Shown piece after piece: positions 23,901 to 37,865 of a stretch of DNA of 64,000 nt (positions are counted from its first letter, which is position 1; every line of letters starts with the position of its first letter). The position numbers and the translations under genes were made by a program. Source of the stretch: Anolis carolinensis (taxonomy: Eukaryota). The notes below the pieces were generated by a model. That model had not been told where the DNA came from and ran no database searches. It saw only the letters and a list, made by a program, of their open reading frames with translations. The DNA is taken from the NCBI RefSeq assembly GCF_035594765.1, contig NC_085845.1, forward strand, positions 167,478,897 to 167,542,896, written 5' to 3'.

Positions 23901-26900
23901 GATTTTTTTAAAAAATTATCTTTAAAACAGCGTAATTTATCTTTTTGGGACTATAACCTAACCACCCTCCGTCACCCTGGGCATTGACCGTGTTACCTGG
24001 AGGATTCTGGGAGTTTTATTCGAATGATAACATTTCTATGCTCTGTTTTTTCAAAATGTTTATTTGAAACCTTTACCCCAGGACTGGAGCACTCCGTGAA
24101 ATGTTTATTGACATCTAGCTATAGTAAGCCTGTTCCAAAACAGTGGTGAATCTTATATTGTGACTCTGTGTATACTTAAAAATGAATGCTTACATTTAGG
24201 GTTGAGGGGTGGAATTGATGAGGCCCAGCAAATGGAAAAGCCTTTACTTTCCTGAAAGAATGGGGGCTGTGCAGAGGTACATGTTTAGGCTAGAGTTGTG
24301 TGATGACTAAGAAGTTGAATTAAAAGGAATCTGATTTATTTTTTATTTTTTCCCCTAAGCTGTGATTGTTGGAGGAATTGACATGATGGCTCAGTCTCTG
24401 GCCTTGGCAAAGAAGCCTCATGTGATAATTGGTAAGAACCAAATGACAGATTGAAATGTCATGATGAGATACTATAAGAATCTAATTGAAGGAGAACTAA
24501 TGCATGGAAAAATTATTAACACTATCAGGTTATTCTGGGCAACACCAAAAATGCTTGCCATGGAAGGCATGTGTAGTCACAAAGGATGTGTGCCCAAATG
24601 AGTGGAATGCAGGGCGGAAGTGGGATGCGAGCTTTCGCATACACACCATTCATTTGAATCCATCAGCAGAGACCATTTTCACTGAAGGCAAATGTGCACA
24701 TTTACAAACAATTCATAGGAGCCAATCAGAGATGCAGAGCCACTTTTAAGAAATGGGGCTACAAAGTGGAGTCCACAGGCCACTTACTACAATGCACTTT
24801 GTGCCCTGCCACATGCACAATGGAGGACCTTCTTACAGCAACACCAGAGGCAATTGGGAGTGGCCAGATTTTGTTTATGTGCAGTTCACACAATCCATCA
24901 CAATTTGTCATACTGGCTTGTTGAATTGCAATCCAGCATCAACTAGAGCAGAGTTTCTCAAACTGTGTTCCTCCAGATGTTTTGGACTTCAACTCCCATA
25001 ATTCCTAACAGCTGATAAGCTGATTGGGATTTCTGGGACCTGAAGTCCAAAACACCCGGAAGAGCACAGTTTGAGAAACACTAGTTGAGAGGATCACATA
25101 AATGCCTGCTTTTATGTGCTTTTCTGGAAAAAATTCTAGGTTATGTCTGTTACTGATTTCTCCTTTTCTCCCATCCTCTTCTTTTGGTAGCTACTCCTGG
25201 CCGCCTTATTGATCACCTTGAGAACACAAAGGGTTTCAACTTGAGAGCTTTGAAGTATCTGGTGATGGATGAAGCTGACCGTATCCTCAATATGGACTTT
25301 GAGACAGAGGTGAGCTCTGTCAATCTTGTCCATTTTAGAATAGGCCTTTGAAATTCCAAGGACATGGTGAAATATGTGGTTCTCCCATATTTGCTGGATG
25401 GTGTGATAACATAGAGCAGTGCTTCTCTGATGTGGGGGACTAGAATTTAATTTGGGCTAGAGTTTTCACTCTTGCCATGCTGGCTAGGGGATTCTGGGAG
25501 CAAAGGACAATCAACAGCTTTTTGACCCTCTGTATATGCTATTGCTTTCCTCAATGTGGGCAGTTCCTCCCTCCAGAGTTGCTCTTAAAGTGTACATAAG
25601 TATTTTTGTTCTTTTGTATTTCATTTGCATTCTCTCATCACAGGTAGACAAGATCCTGAAAGTGATTCCCAGAGACAGGAAGACATTCCTCTTTTCTGCT
25701 ACAATGACTAAAAAGGTATGAGAGTGATCAGAATTTTGTACATTATATTAATTCAGGGCAGAATAAGTGTCTAGAAATTTCAATTTGATCTTTTCTCAGG
25801 TGCAAAAACTCCAACGGGCAGCTCTTAAGGACCCTGTTAAGTGCGCAGTTTCATCCAAGTACCAGACTGTTGAAAAACTTCAGCAGTACTATGTTTTTAT
25901 TCCTTCCAAATTCAAGGTAAATATTTCCTCCAGCGTGTTTCATACTCCAGTTGGATTTCTGATGCTTTGTTTGGGTTCTTTTTGGATTTGTTCCTCTTCA
26001 TTCTCATTGTTCATGAGCAACAATGCATTTTCTAATTCTCTTTAGGACAGTTACCTCGTTTATATTCTCAACGAACTTGCCGGGAACTCCTTCATGATAT
26101 TCTGCAGCACGTGCAACAATACTCAGCGGACGGCTCTTCTTCTTCGCAATCTGGGCTTCACAGCCATCCCTCTCCATGGACAGATGAACCAGGTACATCC
26201 AAGGACATTTCTGGCATGCTATAGCCAAGCTTGGAAAAGTTGCACTTGGTACTATGACTCCCAGAAATTCTCAGCATTGGCCATACTGGTTTAGGGATTT
26301 CTGCAATTACGCCAAAAGGTATTGCTCCTAGTTTCTAAAACAGGCCTGCACAACCTATACTCCTCCAGGTGATTTGGACTTCAGCTCCCAGAATTCCTGG
26401 CCATTGAACAAGCTGACTAGGGCTTCAGGGATTTGAAGACCCAAACACCTGGAGGGCCACAGGTTGTGGAGGCATGTTCTAAAGCAGGGATCCCCAAACT
26501 AAGGCCTGTGGGCCGGATGCGGCCCTCCAAGGTCATTTACCTGGCCCCTGTCCTAAACTTTAGACTTAGGGTTGACCTAAGCCTGAAACGGCTTGAAGGC
26601 ACACAACAACAATCCTAATTTTGGATTATTTCATCATAATCCGGTAGGCCAACAGTCTGAGGGACCGTGAACCAGCCCTCCATTTAAAAAGTTTGAAGAC
26701 ACCTGCTCTAAAGTATTGACTATATTTGAACTGCAACTGCTTCTATTGTGCAGTTTGCTTTTCCTATGAGTAACAAAAGTGTATTATGTCTAGAATAGTA
26801 ACATTTAGCCATTGGTAAATCACAAACATTTAACTAATTTCTGCTTTCCCAGGCTAAAAATCCATAAAGTTATGTTAACTTTCATTTTCTTTTCTTTCCA

Positions 26901-29900
26901 GAATAAGCGATTAGGGTCACTGAACAAGTTCAAAGCCAAAGCACGGTCCGTTCTCTTGGCAACAGATGTTGCTAGCAGAGGCCTGGACATTCCCCATGTG
27001 GATGTCGTGATAAACTTTGACATTCCTACCCATTCCAAGGTGAGTTATTAAATCGTAGTGATGAATTTTGCTGCCTGTGGTTTTCAGTTTTCGAGCTCAC
27101 AAGCAGGAATTGAAGCCAATGAAAAAATAAAGCTGAGATATAAAATAATTTCTTAAGGGTGAAGAATCTACATTTCACCACTGTGAACCCTCACTGAATG
27201 CTTTAAAGCCGAGAAGAATAATGAGTGTGCCACCAAGAAACCTGAGCTGGAAAGATGGGAATTACAAGCATAGTTAATTCAGATAAAGCAGGTGTGAAAA
27301 CAAATCGAACTTTCAGAACATGCAGCTTGGGAATGTTCCAGCATTAGTCTTTTCTGTTTGATTCTGAAGCTGGATCTACACTGCCATATAATGCAGTTTC
27401 AGAATGCAGTTTAACCACATTGAACTGGATTATATCCCAGTGTAGACTCGTATAATCCAGTTCAATGCAATTAAATTGCATTCTGAAATTGCATTATTTG
27501 GCAGTGTGGAACCAGCCTCAGTTTGGGCAGGAACATGTAATCAGTTTTGCAAAGTGTGCTTGAGCTGCACTAGGTGAAATGTTTTGAACAAAGAGTTTCA
27601 CTTATCTCCTCTCTGATTTACAGTGATTTTACCTTAGCATTTTTGTGGCAAGATTTATCTAGAGGCAATTTCACATTTCCTTCTTCACGAACAACCCAGG
27701 GTTTAATCATGACTGAGTGGGAATTTGAACCCCATTTTCCTGGTGTTCTGTTTTGACACTTACAACTATTAATGCCTCATTTCTGTCCTTGCCTGAAAAA
27801 AAGACCCACAGGTGAAGCCAGCTTTGTTTAAGATACTTTTTTTAACCTTAATTGGCTGGATACTTGTGGTTACAATATTTACCTTTCATGATGCTGGTTT
27901 ATACAATTTGTTTAATGATTTTTGTGTGGTGGGTTTTCCTTGTTTACGTATCCCCTGCTGTATATAATCTCTAACATATACAGATATCAAAAATACTGGA
28001 AAAAATTACAGGAGTTCAAAAGTTCATTTGCTTTCTGAATTTGCAGATAGGTATTCTGTGCATTCATGAAGCCTAGAGCCATCCTTTTCTAAAGCTAAAG
28101 CTAATAATAATAATAATAATAATATAATATATTTATATCTTGACACCATCTCCCAGAAGGGACTCAGAAGCACAGATAGTTCAACAATACACAAATGCCA
28201 TAAAATACATATACATGCACATATAAAATAACGTAAATTTACATAAGCAATTTAACATTAAAACATCATTAAAAAACCCCAGTAATGTAAAAGTTCAGAT
28301 TGTGTGTGTATGGACATATGAACACATGCATGTACACATACATGTGTGTGTGAGAGAGAAAGAATGGATGAGAGAAAATGTGAAGTCAATTTTGACAGAC
28401 TCCTCTTAAGATGTAACAGCTAAAAGATGAACTAGACTCTGTCTTTAGAGCCTGTTTAATAGTGACGGAAAGACACTGATAAACTTAGGGAGAATTTCTC
28501 TCCACAGGATGCAGTCTATATCTTTAGAAAACTAAATTTAAGTTGTTACCCCCCGCCACCCCAAGCTTTTGGAGGGGCACTTTTATCCCTTTTCTGGATA
28601 AATTAGGTATTATGGAAACATTCTGAACAAGTAATCCAGAATGAGGAACCTTGAACAAGCTGGTTTCATTGTATTTTGCTGTAGCCCATGTCTTGTGATA
28701 TACTCTGGTTTTTTTTTTCCTTTCCAGGATTACATTCATCGGGTGGGAAGAACAGCTCGGGCTGGACGCTCTGGCAAATCAATCACCTTTGTCACGCAGT
28801 AAGTAGTGCTCTTTGAAAATTCCACTGTTCTGCTCTGGAGCTCTGGAGCATCCTCTGGAGGTTCTGGAGAGGGAGATGTTCATACGGATCCTCAGATGGC
28901 AAGTTGGGGACGATGCTAAGGCATGTATGGGGCAGTAGTGCAGGGAACCTACCTGAACTGGAGGTTATATATTTCTATTGATTTCCTCCAGGTATGATGT
29001 TGAGCTTTTCCAGCGTATTGAGCACCTAATTGGCAAGAAGCTACCTGCCTTCCCCACACAAGAGGATGAAGTCATGATGCTGACAGAACGTGTCGCGGAA
29101 GCACAGAGATTTGCTCGCATGGTAAACTTACTTTCTAAATCTTCCAGGATGTGGGTCAGGACCCTTGTGTGCAGCAAACCTCATGAATGCAATTGCAACA
29201 TTAGCATTTACACTTAGAATTTCAAACAAAATTAAAGACCCATCTCTTTTGGCAGGCCTACCTGGTCAGTTTTAAATTATAACTTTTAAAGTGACATTTT
29301 CTTGGTATGGATGTTTAAATGTGTTCTGTTGCTATGTCTTTTAATATATGAGTTTTAATGGTTTTATGTTTTTATCAATGTATTTTAACTATGTTGTACC
29401 CTACCTTGAGACTTGAGGAGAGACAGGAAAAAATAAAATACATTATTATTATTGACACAACATCAGTGCTGTCAAATATCATTCTAAAGCTGTTGTTATT
29501 AAGAAAGGGGGTTCTCCAGATGTTGTTGGACTACAGCTCCCATCAGCTTTAGCTGGCAGAGACTTCAATATAGGGAATTGCTAACTTACAACATCTATTC
29601 ACCCCTGATTTTCAGAGGTACAAAAATCCTTCTTTTTTGCTTTTGGAATCACAAAATACCATCAATGCTAATGCAGCTTTCTAACTTCCTTGTTAACAAG
29701 CATGTTGGTCAGGTAATTCATGCTAATGAATAATTTAATTGTTGGAGCCAATTTCTGGATATTTAATTAGTTAAATCATAAATTATTTCCATTTATATCC
29801 TGTCTTGGTCCTAGTTCCAAGGAAGCTCACAAGGAAGCTAAAACTGATAACCAAAAATAGACATTGCTTATAAAATGTTCACAGTTCTGCTGTGGTTTGT

Positions 29901-31362
29901 TGACTGGGGGCCCATCTAGACAGGGCCCATAACCCTCATTTTTACCGGAGGTGTCCAAATGACATCTCAGGTAAAACCAAATTAATTCAAGACAAAGCAG
30001 GAAAACCCTGGTTGTCTTGAATTAAGTGGATCCTCAATTAGATCTGGGTATTCCTGAAAAACCCAGGTCTAATGGAGTATGTGCCCTGTGGGGACTGACC
30101 TCTCGGTAGTCCTGAGGTCAGTCTGCATAGCCCAATTCACTTCTTTGGGACTGGAGAAGCAAAAAGGGAATCCACTCCCCCAAATCCCCCCTAAATTTTT
30201 TAAAATAAAAGTAAAACTTACTTGGCAGCCATTATTCCTTTCGGCATGGCTTTTGGAACGTACCAATGTAGCGCTAAGAGATGGAGGAGGGTTCCCCCCA
30301 GTCTCTTAGCGCCACATTGGTACGTTCCTAAAACCATGCTGAAAGGAATAATGGCTTCCAGGTAAGTTATTTTCTATTTTAAGGCCTTTTTGAGGGGAGT
30401 GGTGGGTTTAGTGTCTCGGTGTCCTCCCAGAAGGTACCAGGATGGCATCTAGACAGCCCTAGGGAAAGTACACATTTTAGCGGGAAGTGTTTGGACTTAA
30501 CTGCATGCCTAAGCGTGTTTAAGTGTTGTCTGGAAACTGCCTGAGAAAGAAAGTAAGTTTAAGATAGGTCTGATCCAGAATTGCAATGGGCTTTCAATTG
30601 ACTTTTTGTGACTGAGGACTTTGTACAGGGATTAAAGTCTTTGCCTATTCTGAGTGAAGGCAGGAAGCATTGCCCTCTGAATTGCCTTCTGATTGTGATA
30701 AAGGTGAGCCTGGCCACTCTGCATGTGATGTTATGATAATTATATGTGTGGTGGCACCATAAATGCATCCTGTGTTGTCTCAATTGATAAGCCAAGCAGT
30801 GACAGACCTGGTCAGTGTTTGGATGGGATCGAATGCAGCCTGAAACATTGGAAAGCTGCTGCTAATATTGGGCTGGATGGGCCAGTGCCTGATTCAGTAT
30901 AAGGCAGTGTCCTGTATTCCTTGATTGACTGGAATTATTATCGTCTAGGAAAATACGGAAGAAAATGGCTTCAAAGCAACTGTTGAGTGGGGCATTGAAG
31001 TGGCACAAATGATAACTGTCTTCTGGTTTGGTACACCTCAGTCTGCCAAAATTCACCTTTTATGTTGAAAATATGGGTGTTTTCAGTTGAGAGCCTTTTT
31101 TACAGTCTTCATTTGCAGTTCACTTTCAAATGAATGGCTGAAACCTGTAGTGGTGGTTGCAGGTTTTAGCTTTTGTAGCTTCTTGGTTGTCTTCAGTGGC
31201 TCAGAAGGCTCAATTATTCTCCTAATTTCTTGGCAGGAGTTGCAGCAAAAGGGGGATAAGAAGCGCTCCCGAGAAGAGGCTAATGAACCCGATGATGCAG
31301 AAGGAGCGATGGGTGTCAGGAACAAAGTTGCTGGTGGGAAAAAGAAGAAAAGGAAACCCTGA
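17822..31362 (+). CDS. DDX47: DEAD-box RNA helicase DDX47 (Rrp3 family), 12 exons: 17822-17884, 20606-20699, 22360-22548, 24360-24431, 25191-25309, 25644-25715, 25800-25916, 26046-26192, 26902-27039, 28728-28798, 28992-29121, 31237-31362
   Basis: All introns are GT-AG; exons total 1338 nt = 445 aa + stop. Motifs present: Q-motif (GWKTPTKIQ), [41 protein letters not shown], and a basic C-terminus (KKKKRKP). Confidence 0.97.
18048..18491. mobile_element. Two short palindromic hAT-type MITEs (about 18048-18149 and 18358-18491) around an older repeat
   Basis: TIRs CAGGCATGGGCAAAC / GTTTGCCCATGCCTG. Confidence 0.75.
18895..19250 (+). mobile_element. RTE-clade LINE 3' fragment
   Basis: [18 protein letters not shown]...W followed by C..CG....S.IGL.SH C-terminal motifs. 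Confidence 0.7.
20984..21497 (-). mobile_element. CR1 LINE 3' fragment
   Basis: [14 protein letters not shown]...[11 protein letters not shown] and FKQRL..HL motifs; catagaa tail. Confidence 0.85.
21512..21648. mobile_element. hAT MITE
   Basis: TIR cagtgtttctcaaa; near-8-bp TSD gtctagac/gtctagtg; related copy at about 24949-25083. Confidence 0.7.
23619..23933. mobile_element. Probable Tc1/mariner-type MITE
   Basis: Degenerate TIRs cactgtgtaaca...ttcctgg / ccaggaac...acagcg with TA-like flanks. Confidence 0.45.
24715..24855 (+). mobile_element. Vingi/RTE-X-like LINE 3' fragment
   Basis: RCRA..KKWGY...HLLQC...[15 protein letters not shown] motif. Confidence 0.6.
26341..26705. mobile_element. 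Two tandem hAT MITEs (26341-26476 and 26485-26705; the second resembles OC1/Charlie)
   Basis: CAGG...CCTG-type TIRs with a shared 8-bp target ttctaaaa / ttctaaag / ctctaaag. Confidence 0.75.
27364..27520. mobile_element. Long palindromic MITE
   Basis: Imperfect inverted arms of about 70 bp (gctggatctacactgcc ... ggcagtgtggaaccagc). Confidence 0.7.
29907..30545. mobile_element. Harbinger-like non-autonomous element with an internal hairpin; related fragment at about 61301-61660
   Basis: gggcccatctagacag end shared with 61301; long inverted repeat at 30198-30382. Confidence 0.5.
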
Positions 31363-31767
31363 GAAATGGAATTACACCAGACTTTATCTGCTCATGTTAT
31401 TTAAGTGACTTAGATTCTGGGAGTCAACCGTTCATCACCAGTATCAGATTGAACTTTTTGTGCCCACTCAGAAAGCAAGATGTTTCTTGCTCCAACAGGA
31501 CCTTTACAAATGTGACAGTCCACTTTCCCAAATATAAACCAGAAATTATTTTATTGTTATCCTGACATTCTGGGCCAATATTGCAGAAGCCTTATTTCTA
31601 CAGCCTGGAGTTCCTTTACTTACCAGAGGGTGGAAGCAAACAGCAGGTTTTGGAAGCTTTTCTCCACAGTGGAATTGAATACATGAGAATATTTCCAGCA
31701 TGCTTTCAGCAAGTGATGAAGAAAGATTTCTACAAACCTTGTTTCTTGCAAAAAGAGAACGGTCAAA

Positions 31768-31804
31768 AATAAAACTAGCACATCATGCTAGTGTAAAGAA
31801 TAAA
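31768..31804 (+). terminator. Candidate DDX47 polyadenylation signals (AATAAA at 31768 and 31799)
   Basis: Two AATAAA hexamers about 400-440 nt after the stop codon. Confidence 0.6.
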
Positions 31805-31846
31805 TATATTTGCTTAAAAAATTACTTGATATTCATAGTATAGATT

Positions 31847-32090
31847 TTTTTTTTCGTGTCAGGAGTGCCTTGGGAAACTGAGAGAATTGGCTGTCTGCAA
31901 GGATTTGCCCAGGGGATGCTTGGATATTTGATGTTTTACCATCCTATGGAAGGCTTCTCTCATGTCTCCACATAGGAAGCTGGAGCTGACAAGACGGGAG
32001 CTCACCCCGTTCCTCAGATTTGAACTGCCAACCTTTCAGTCAGCAGTCCTGCCAGCACAAGGATTTAACCCATTGCACCACCGGGGGCTC
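31847..32090 (-). mobile_element. Sauria-type SINE
   Basis: Reverse-complement homolog of 10316-10579. Confidence 0.8.
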
Positions 32091-33529
32091 TTTATTATAG
32101 ATAAAAATATACATCAAAACTACCTGGAAACCTATAATTAAGCAAAACAACAACATTTAAACATAACAGAGCACATCCTTCAAACTGCCCATGCAATATA
32201 AAACATGACTTCCAGCTTTTTTCTTGGTGACAATAAACTCATGTACTTAATTCAACTTCCCCATGAAATCCACAACTTCTAACACTTTCCCTGAAATTCA
32301 TATCCTATTCCACCTATTATCAGATACTTTTCCTCTTTCCTAAAAAGAAATCTATAAAAGGTTTTCACTAAAATACATTTGATAAGGGACTTGATAATTG
32401 AGTTTGTGTTTTTTTTAGAGTTGTGGCAGAGGAACTTGAGGAAGAGGAGAAGAATTTTAAACGTTTACTTATACTAACGCTAGCCATGCCACTTCCTTTT
32501 TGTGGCATTTACTGGTTTGTATACTTTTTTTCTTGATTCCTTTTAATAAACCCACACAGCCTTTTGCGTGAAGCACACACACAAAACAAATCTCCAAAAC
32601 AGCAGAGAAGGGAGGGACTTGCTGTGTTCTTGTTTCTGGGTTTAGTGTAATATTTACGTGACCTTTTCTTCCTCATTGTCTCAGCCCTGAGGATGTTCTA
32701 CCTGGGAACCAACACTAAGAGGCAGTGTTTATTCAAACAGAATATTTGTCTAAATTGATTTCTGCTGATTTGTTTCTCCTCAAACCAACTAGGCTGTTTT
32801 GGTTCATAAGAATAATTCCCAAACCCAACATTGGGCAATATCTATTTTAGGCCTAGTTAAGCACATGACTACTGCATTGGAAGAGCTTTGATGAAAGTGT
32901 GACAACTTAAATTCTTTTTTCATGAGGTTATGTGCCTTTAAATCACTTCTGATTCACAGTGACTTTCTTGAACCTTTTTGACTAGATTTATTTACATGAG
33001 ACTTGCTATTGCCTTCTAAACCTGAGAGTGTGTGCCATGCCCAAATCCGCCTATTTGGTTTCTATGGCTGGGTGGATATTTGAACCCTGGTCTCCTGAAG
33101 TCCTAGTTGAACGCTCAAAGCAAGAGGTTGTGATACCTCTTGATATTACTTATTTTTGGTTCATTTACAGTATGTGAATATTAAGTTGACTTCATTTAAA
33201 CTGACACTCATTGGAATGATCACTTGGGGATTTAAGGTATTTCTATTTTGAACAAGACCGGTTTAGAGATTAGCTGGGAAAGGTAAACGAAGGTTATCAA
33301 GCATTAGTGTAGGTGTTTTAATTCTGGCTGGTTTTGTCAGAGTTTTTCACTCCTAAATTGAGGGGCCTGCTTTTATCTTTGCTGCTTCACATCAAGAACC
33401 AGTACAGGTGTATGTGACACCCAATTGAATGACACTTTATAGGAATTAATAAATTTATTAGAGCGATAATGAAATCACTTCGAGTAAACTTTTCTAACGT
33501 CGGGTATACCTGTCCGAATGTATCTTCCT

Positions 33530-33975
33530 CTGTGATCCACTTTGGAGATTAAGATCTTCTGGGGAGCCCCTGCTCTCAGTCCCATCTTCTTTGCAGGTAC
33601 AGCTGGTGAGGACGAGAAACGAGGCCTTTTCAGTGGTGGTCCCTCGACTATGGAACTCCTTCCCCAGTGAAATTAGAGCAGCCCCCTGCCACCTGACCTT
33701 CAGGAAGAAAGTAAAAATGTGTTCATGGAACCAAGCTTTGGGATTGCAAGTTTTTAGTACAATAAAGAAATAAGGAATAGTGAAATGACAAATGGAACAG
33801 CCTTGGATTATGATTTTGAATGGTGCGATTTTAATAATTGGTTTTAAATTGTTTTTTAATGTTTTTGGTTTTAATGTAACTGTTTGAGTTTATTGTATAT
33901 TTAAATTGCTGCCTAATTTGTAAGGTTGCGCTGAGTCCCCTTCAGGGTGAGAAGGATGGGATATAAATGAAGAAA
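33530..33975 (+). mobile_element. L2 LINE 3' fragment
   Basis: AFSVVVPRLWNSFP..IR....L.F+KK motif and L2-type tail. Confidence 0.75.
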
Positions 33976-36900
33976 ATAACTAATAAGAAAGTGGTTTTGA
34001 GGTGATCCTGGTGGATAGTATTTACAAAGCACTTAATTTTTCTGTTCTAAACCCTATTGTTGACATTTCAGGGTCTAATTAATGGAAAACTCTTATTTTC
34101 AGCTGAACATTCTAGGCTAGAGCAATATTGCAAAATCAATCAACAGGTTCAAGCCTGAGTGCTGCTTATATGGTTTTCTGAAGAATCCATGGGTGCTGCA
34201 GAGCTTGGAAAGATGAAGACTGACCAATGCTATTTTGCTGCTTGGGGCAAATAAAATGATTACCTCAGAAGATAATTGTACAGAAGTGTCTAGATGGTAA
34301 TTGAGTTTTACTTCTGCTAGCATTCCACACTGCACCTGGGAGCAGAAAACCAATGTGAGTGGTCCTGGAAGTCACATATGCAACAATGCTCTGCTGTCAT
34401 TCTCTGTCATTCTCTTGTACCACCTAAGTTGACTGTCCTATTCTCTTCTCCAAAAGGCTAAGCAATCAGAGATATGTTCATAGGCAATATTTCAGGGCAC
34501 TATTCTGCCTGTCAGTTGTCATACAATTAATGATCAATTTCTGGGGTATTTCTTTCTCTAATAAAAAAACACTTTGCAAATTCCAGTTCTGCTCTGAAAC
34601 TTTGTCAAGCCTGAAAAAGAAATAATTGTATTGCTGGCTGTAGGTCCTTGAATGGATTAAAAGACTCCCCTCTCCATTTCTCAGTACCGTACTTAAAACA
34701 CCTTGGAGGGGTTATTCTAACAGGAAGCCATTGCTATTCATGACTTAACTACAAACAGAACAAGAGTGAATAGGAAAAATGCTGAACCTACAAGCTCCCA
34801 CAAAAGTTTAGATCTTGTCCAAAGTACTAACATATTTGTGGTTAAAAATTATATCCTTTTAAATGAGTTTTTAAAAGTGATTAATGGGTTTTTTAATATT
34901 CATATGTAGAAGGAGCAAAGCACATGAAAGAAAGTCCTCTATCTATGCAACACCTAATGTAATTTAAACCAGCGGGTGTGGTTGAGAAGGCTTCTGCCCT
35001 GTTCTGTTTTATTTTTCAGTGAAATGTCATCCTCCCAGGCTGATCTGGCAACTTTCTTCTTTTTTAAAAGGCACTGCAAAGCCAAGTTGTTACACCCACA
35101 TTCTTTATATTGGCCCCACCTGGCAAAGGAAGGCACATTTTCTGCTAAAAATACCATCTTCCGGCTCCCAGTTTCAGTGGTAAGAAATAGTTTCTACATT
35201 TTATCATGACACCAAGAATGATGCACATATAAACAGAGCAGAGGTGCATGAGATGGCATACAAGACTTTCCGGTAGAGCCACTCAAGCTCCTTGTGCCTT
35301 CAAATGCCTGTATTATAGGCAAATGCAGAAATAGCTTCACCTCGTTTGACAGAAGACACTTAAGCTGAATTAAATGTATCACGTTCTGGCAGAGATCTCC
35401 AACAGGTAACAGGTATCAGGAAGCGTTTCTGAAGAAGACATAAATAGATGCTGGTGACCTCAGTTGTGTTACTAAGTTAACAGAAGAAAACGCACAAGAA
35501 CCAAACTGGTTTCAGAACATTAAAAGTTCAAGAGCCATTAGTTTTATGGAGGATCTATACAAAAGCAAGAATGTAGCTTGTAGACTTTCAGGAACAAATT
35601 GTCTGAGAAGCAGGATAGGCATAAGAAATAGTTGCGCACAAGCCGGCTTCTGTGAAAGAGCTCATTCTCTCCTCTTCAACTCCACTTCCCCACAGCCCTC
35701 AAGTCTGGAGGAGAAAATAACACAGTTTCCATTAGTTTCAGTGGTGTGCTTGTTTCCTCCAACACTCCAACAACTTCAAAGGAAATGGTCATACTCCAAG
35801 GTTAAGGGAGCATTAACTTTTTACATTACCTGGTTTCCCCAACATCTCTCATATGGACACTTGGGCTGGAAAAGAAAACCTTCCCTAGAGTTTTTTTTCC
35901 TATCCAAGCTGGATAAGAAGTTTTGTGAGTTTATAGGAGGTTGTTCTTCAAGGAAAAAAGAGAAGGAGGCAATGTAAGGAAGGAACATGAGTGAAATTGT
36001 ATAGGTGTGCATGTGTGTGGTTTTGCCCTTACTCATCCTTGAAATCTACTCATAAAAGAATATAATGGTCAGGGTGAAAAGAACTGGCTACTCATGATTT
36101 GGCCAATGCACAACTCTATCTCAAGATATTCTCTTTGAACTATGAAAAATTGAGGAAAAAAATGTACATAGCTAGTGCAAATATAGCTTGCACATTTGTT
36201 TTGCATCTTTCAGGTAGAGATTTATGATATTCAAGAAAATACAGAAATCCAGAGTGTAAGAAATTCAGTTTATTTTTTATTAATAGATTGTGGTTTGGAG
36301 CAGATTACTAGTTTCTACATCTACCGAAGCAGTCATTTAATGTTTCTAGACCACTGCTTCTTAGACTAGTTGGCATGGAGAAGCCAGTAGCTATTTTTCT
36401 CCACAATGAACAAGGAATAGATACCATATTTGTGCTCACTGACTACAGCTCGTTTGTTCGCTTGTTCTCTCTCTCTCTCAATCCCTTTCTTGCTTCCTTC
36501 TTGAAAGCTTTCCAGCTGATGCCTCCTGAACCCAATACCCGTTTATGAGACACTACTTTGAGTAGTGCTTCTCTCAAACACAATATGTCTGAGAGCAGGA
36601 CGACACCAAATTTCTTAAACTGCTGGCAGCGGTATGAATTAGAAATAACAAAGCTTTGTAGCAGCTTTAAAGGCAACAAATGTATGAACAGTATACATTT
36701 TATTACACCACTACGAGATACTTTTGAGACCGCAAGGGAGCAGGAAGTTCATTTATTTTTCTTGCTACTGTTTGGCTACTTGTTTAAAAATGGTTACACT
36801 GAACTATGGCACCAAAATACACTTGTACATCTGAACTACAAAATCATTAAGCACTCAAAGAAGTACCTGTGAGTCATGTAGCAGAAAAAAGGAAGAAGGA

Positions 36901-37278
36901 AATGGTAGGAAAAAAGCAATGTGGCAGCACTTTTAAGACTAAATAGTTTTTATTTTGGTACGGGTTTTTATTGATATAACCCACCTCTTCAGATGCAGTA
37001 TAAAGTGACATCCAGGTTTCAAAATATAAAGTGCATTTATAAAGTTGTGAGAGTGGGCTGGAATGGAATAGGATTATGGACCTCATCCCGTGCCCCTCCC
37101 GTGCTTGTCTTCCTTCCTTCTCCCATCATATGGAGGGAATGGGACACGGCGCATTGGTGACTTGACCTGGCCCCCATCAGATGGGAACAAGGGGGAAAAA
37201 ATGTGGGTAGCATCAACTTGGCATTGTTGGTGAGAAGGGTCTTGTGATGCTTCTTCACCATTTCAGGGATCAATAATA

Positions 37279-37598
37279 CAGTAGAGTCTCACTTATCCAA
37301 GCTAAATGGGCTGGCAGAAGCTTGGATAAGCGAATATCTTGAATAATAAGGAGGGATTAAGGAAAAGCCTATTAAACATCAATTAGGTTATGATTTTACA
37401 AATTAAGCACCAAAACATCATGTTATACAACAAATTTCACAGAAAAGCAGTTCAGTACGCAGTAATGTTATGTTGTAATTACTGTATTTACAAATTTAGC
37501 ACCAAAATATCACGATATATTGAAAACATTGGCTACAAAAATGGCTTGGATAATCCAGAAACTTGGATAAATGAGGCTTGGATAAGTGAGACTCTACT

Positions 37599-37599
<1 letters not shown>
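37279..37599. mobile_element. Tc1/mariner MITE (family of 4304-4609)
   Basis: TA TSD and perfect TIRs. Confidence 0.85.

Positions 37600-37600
<1 letters not shown>

Positions 37601-37648
<48 letters not shown>
37601..37648. repeat. (AAT)n microsatellite
   Basis: Direct observation. Confidence 0.95.
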
Positions 37649-37865
37649 TTTATTTCTCACCCCCCTCCTCTCACAGCTCTAGGCAAATTACAGCATTGCC
37701 AAATGCATAATCAAAACACATATTTAAAAACACTCTGTAGAATATACATATTAAAACATATTTCCATAAAATACACATTAAAATACACAAAATAAAAGTT
37801 AAACATACAGTGGCAGTTTAAAATTCATCATTAAAACTGTCTGCATAGACCTGCAGGAAGAGATA

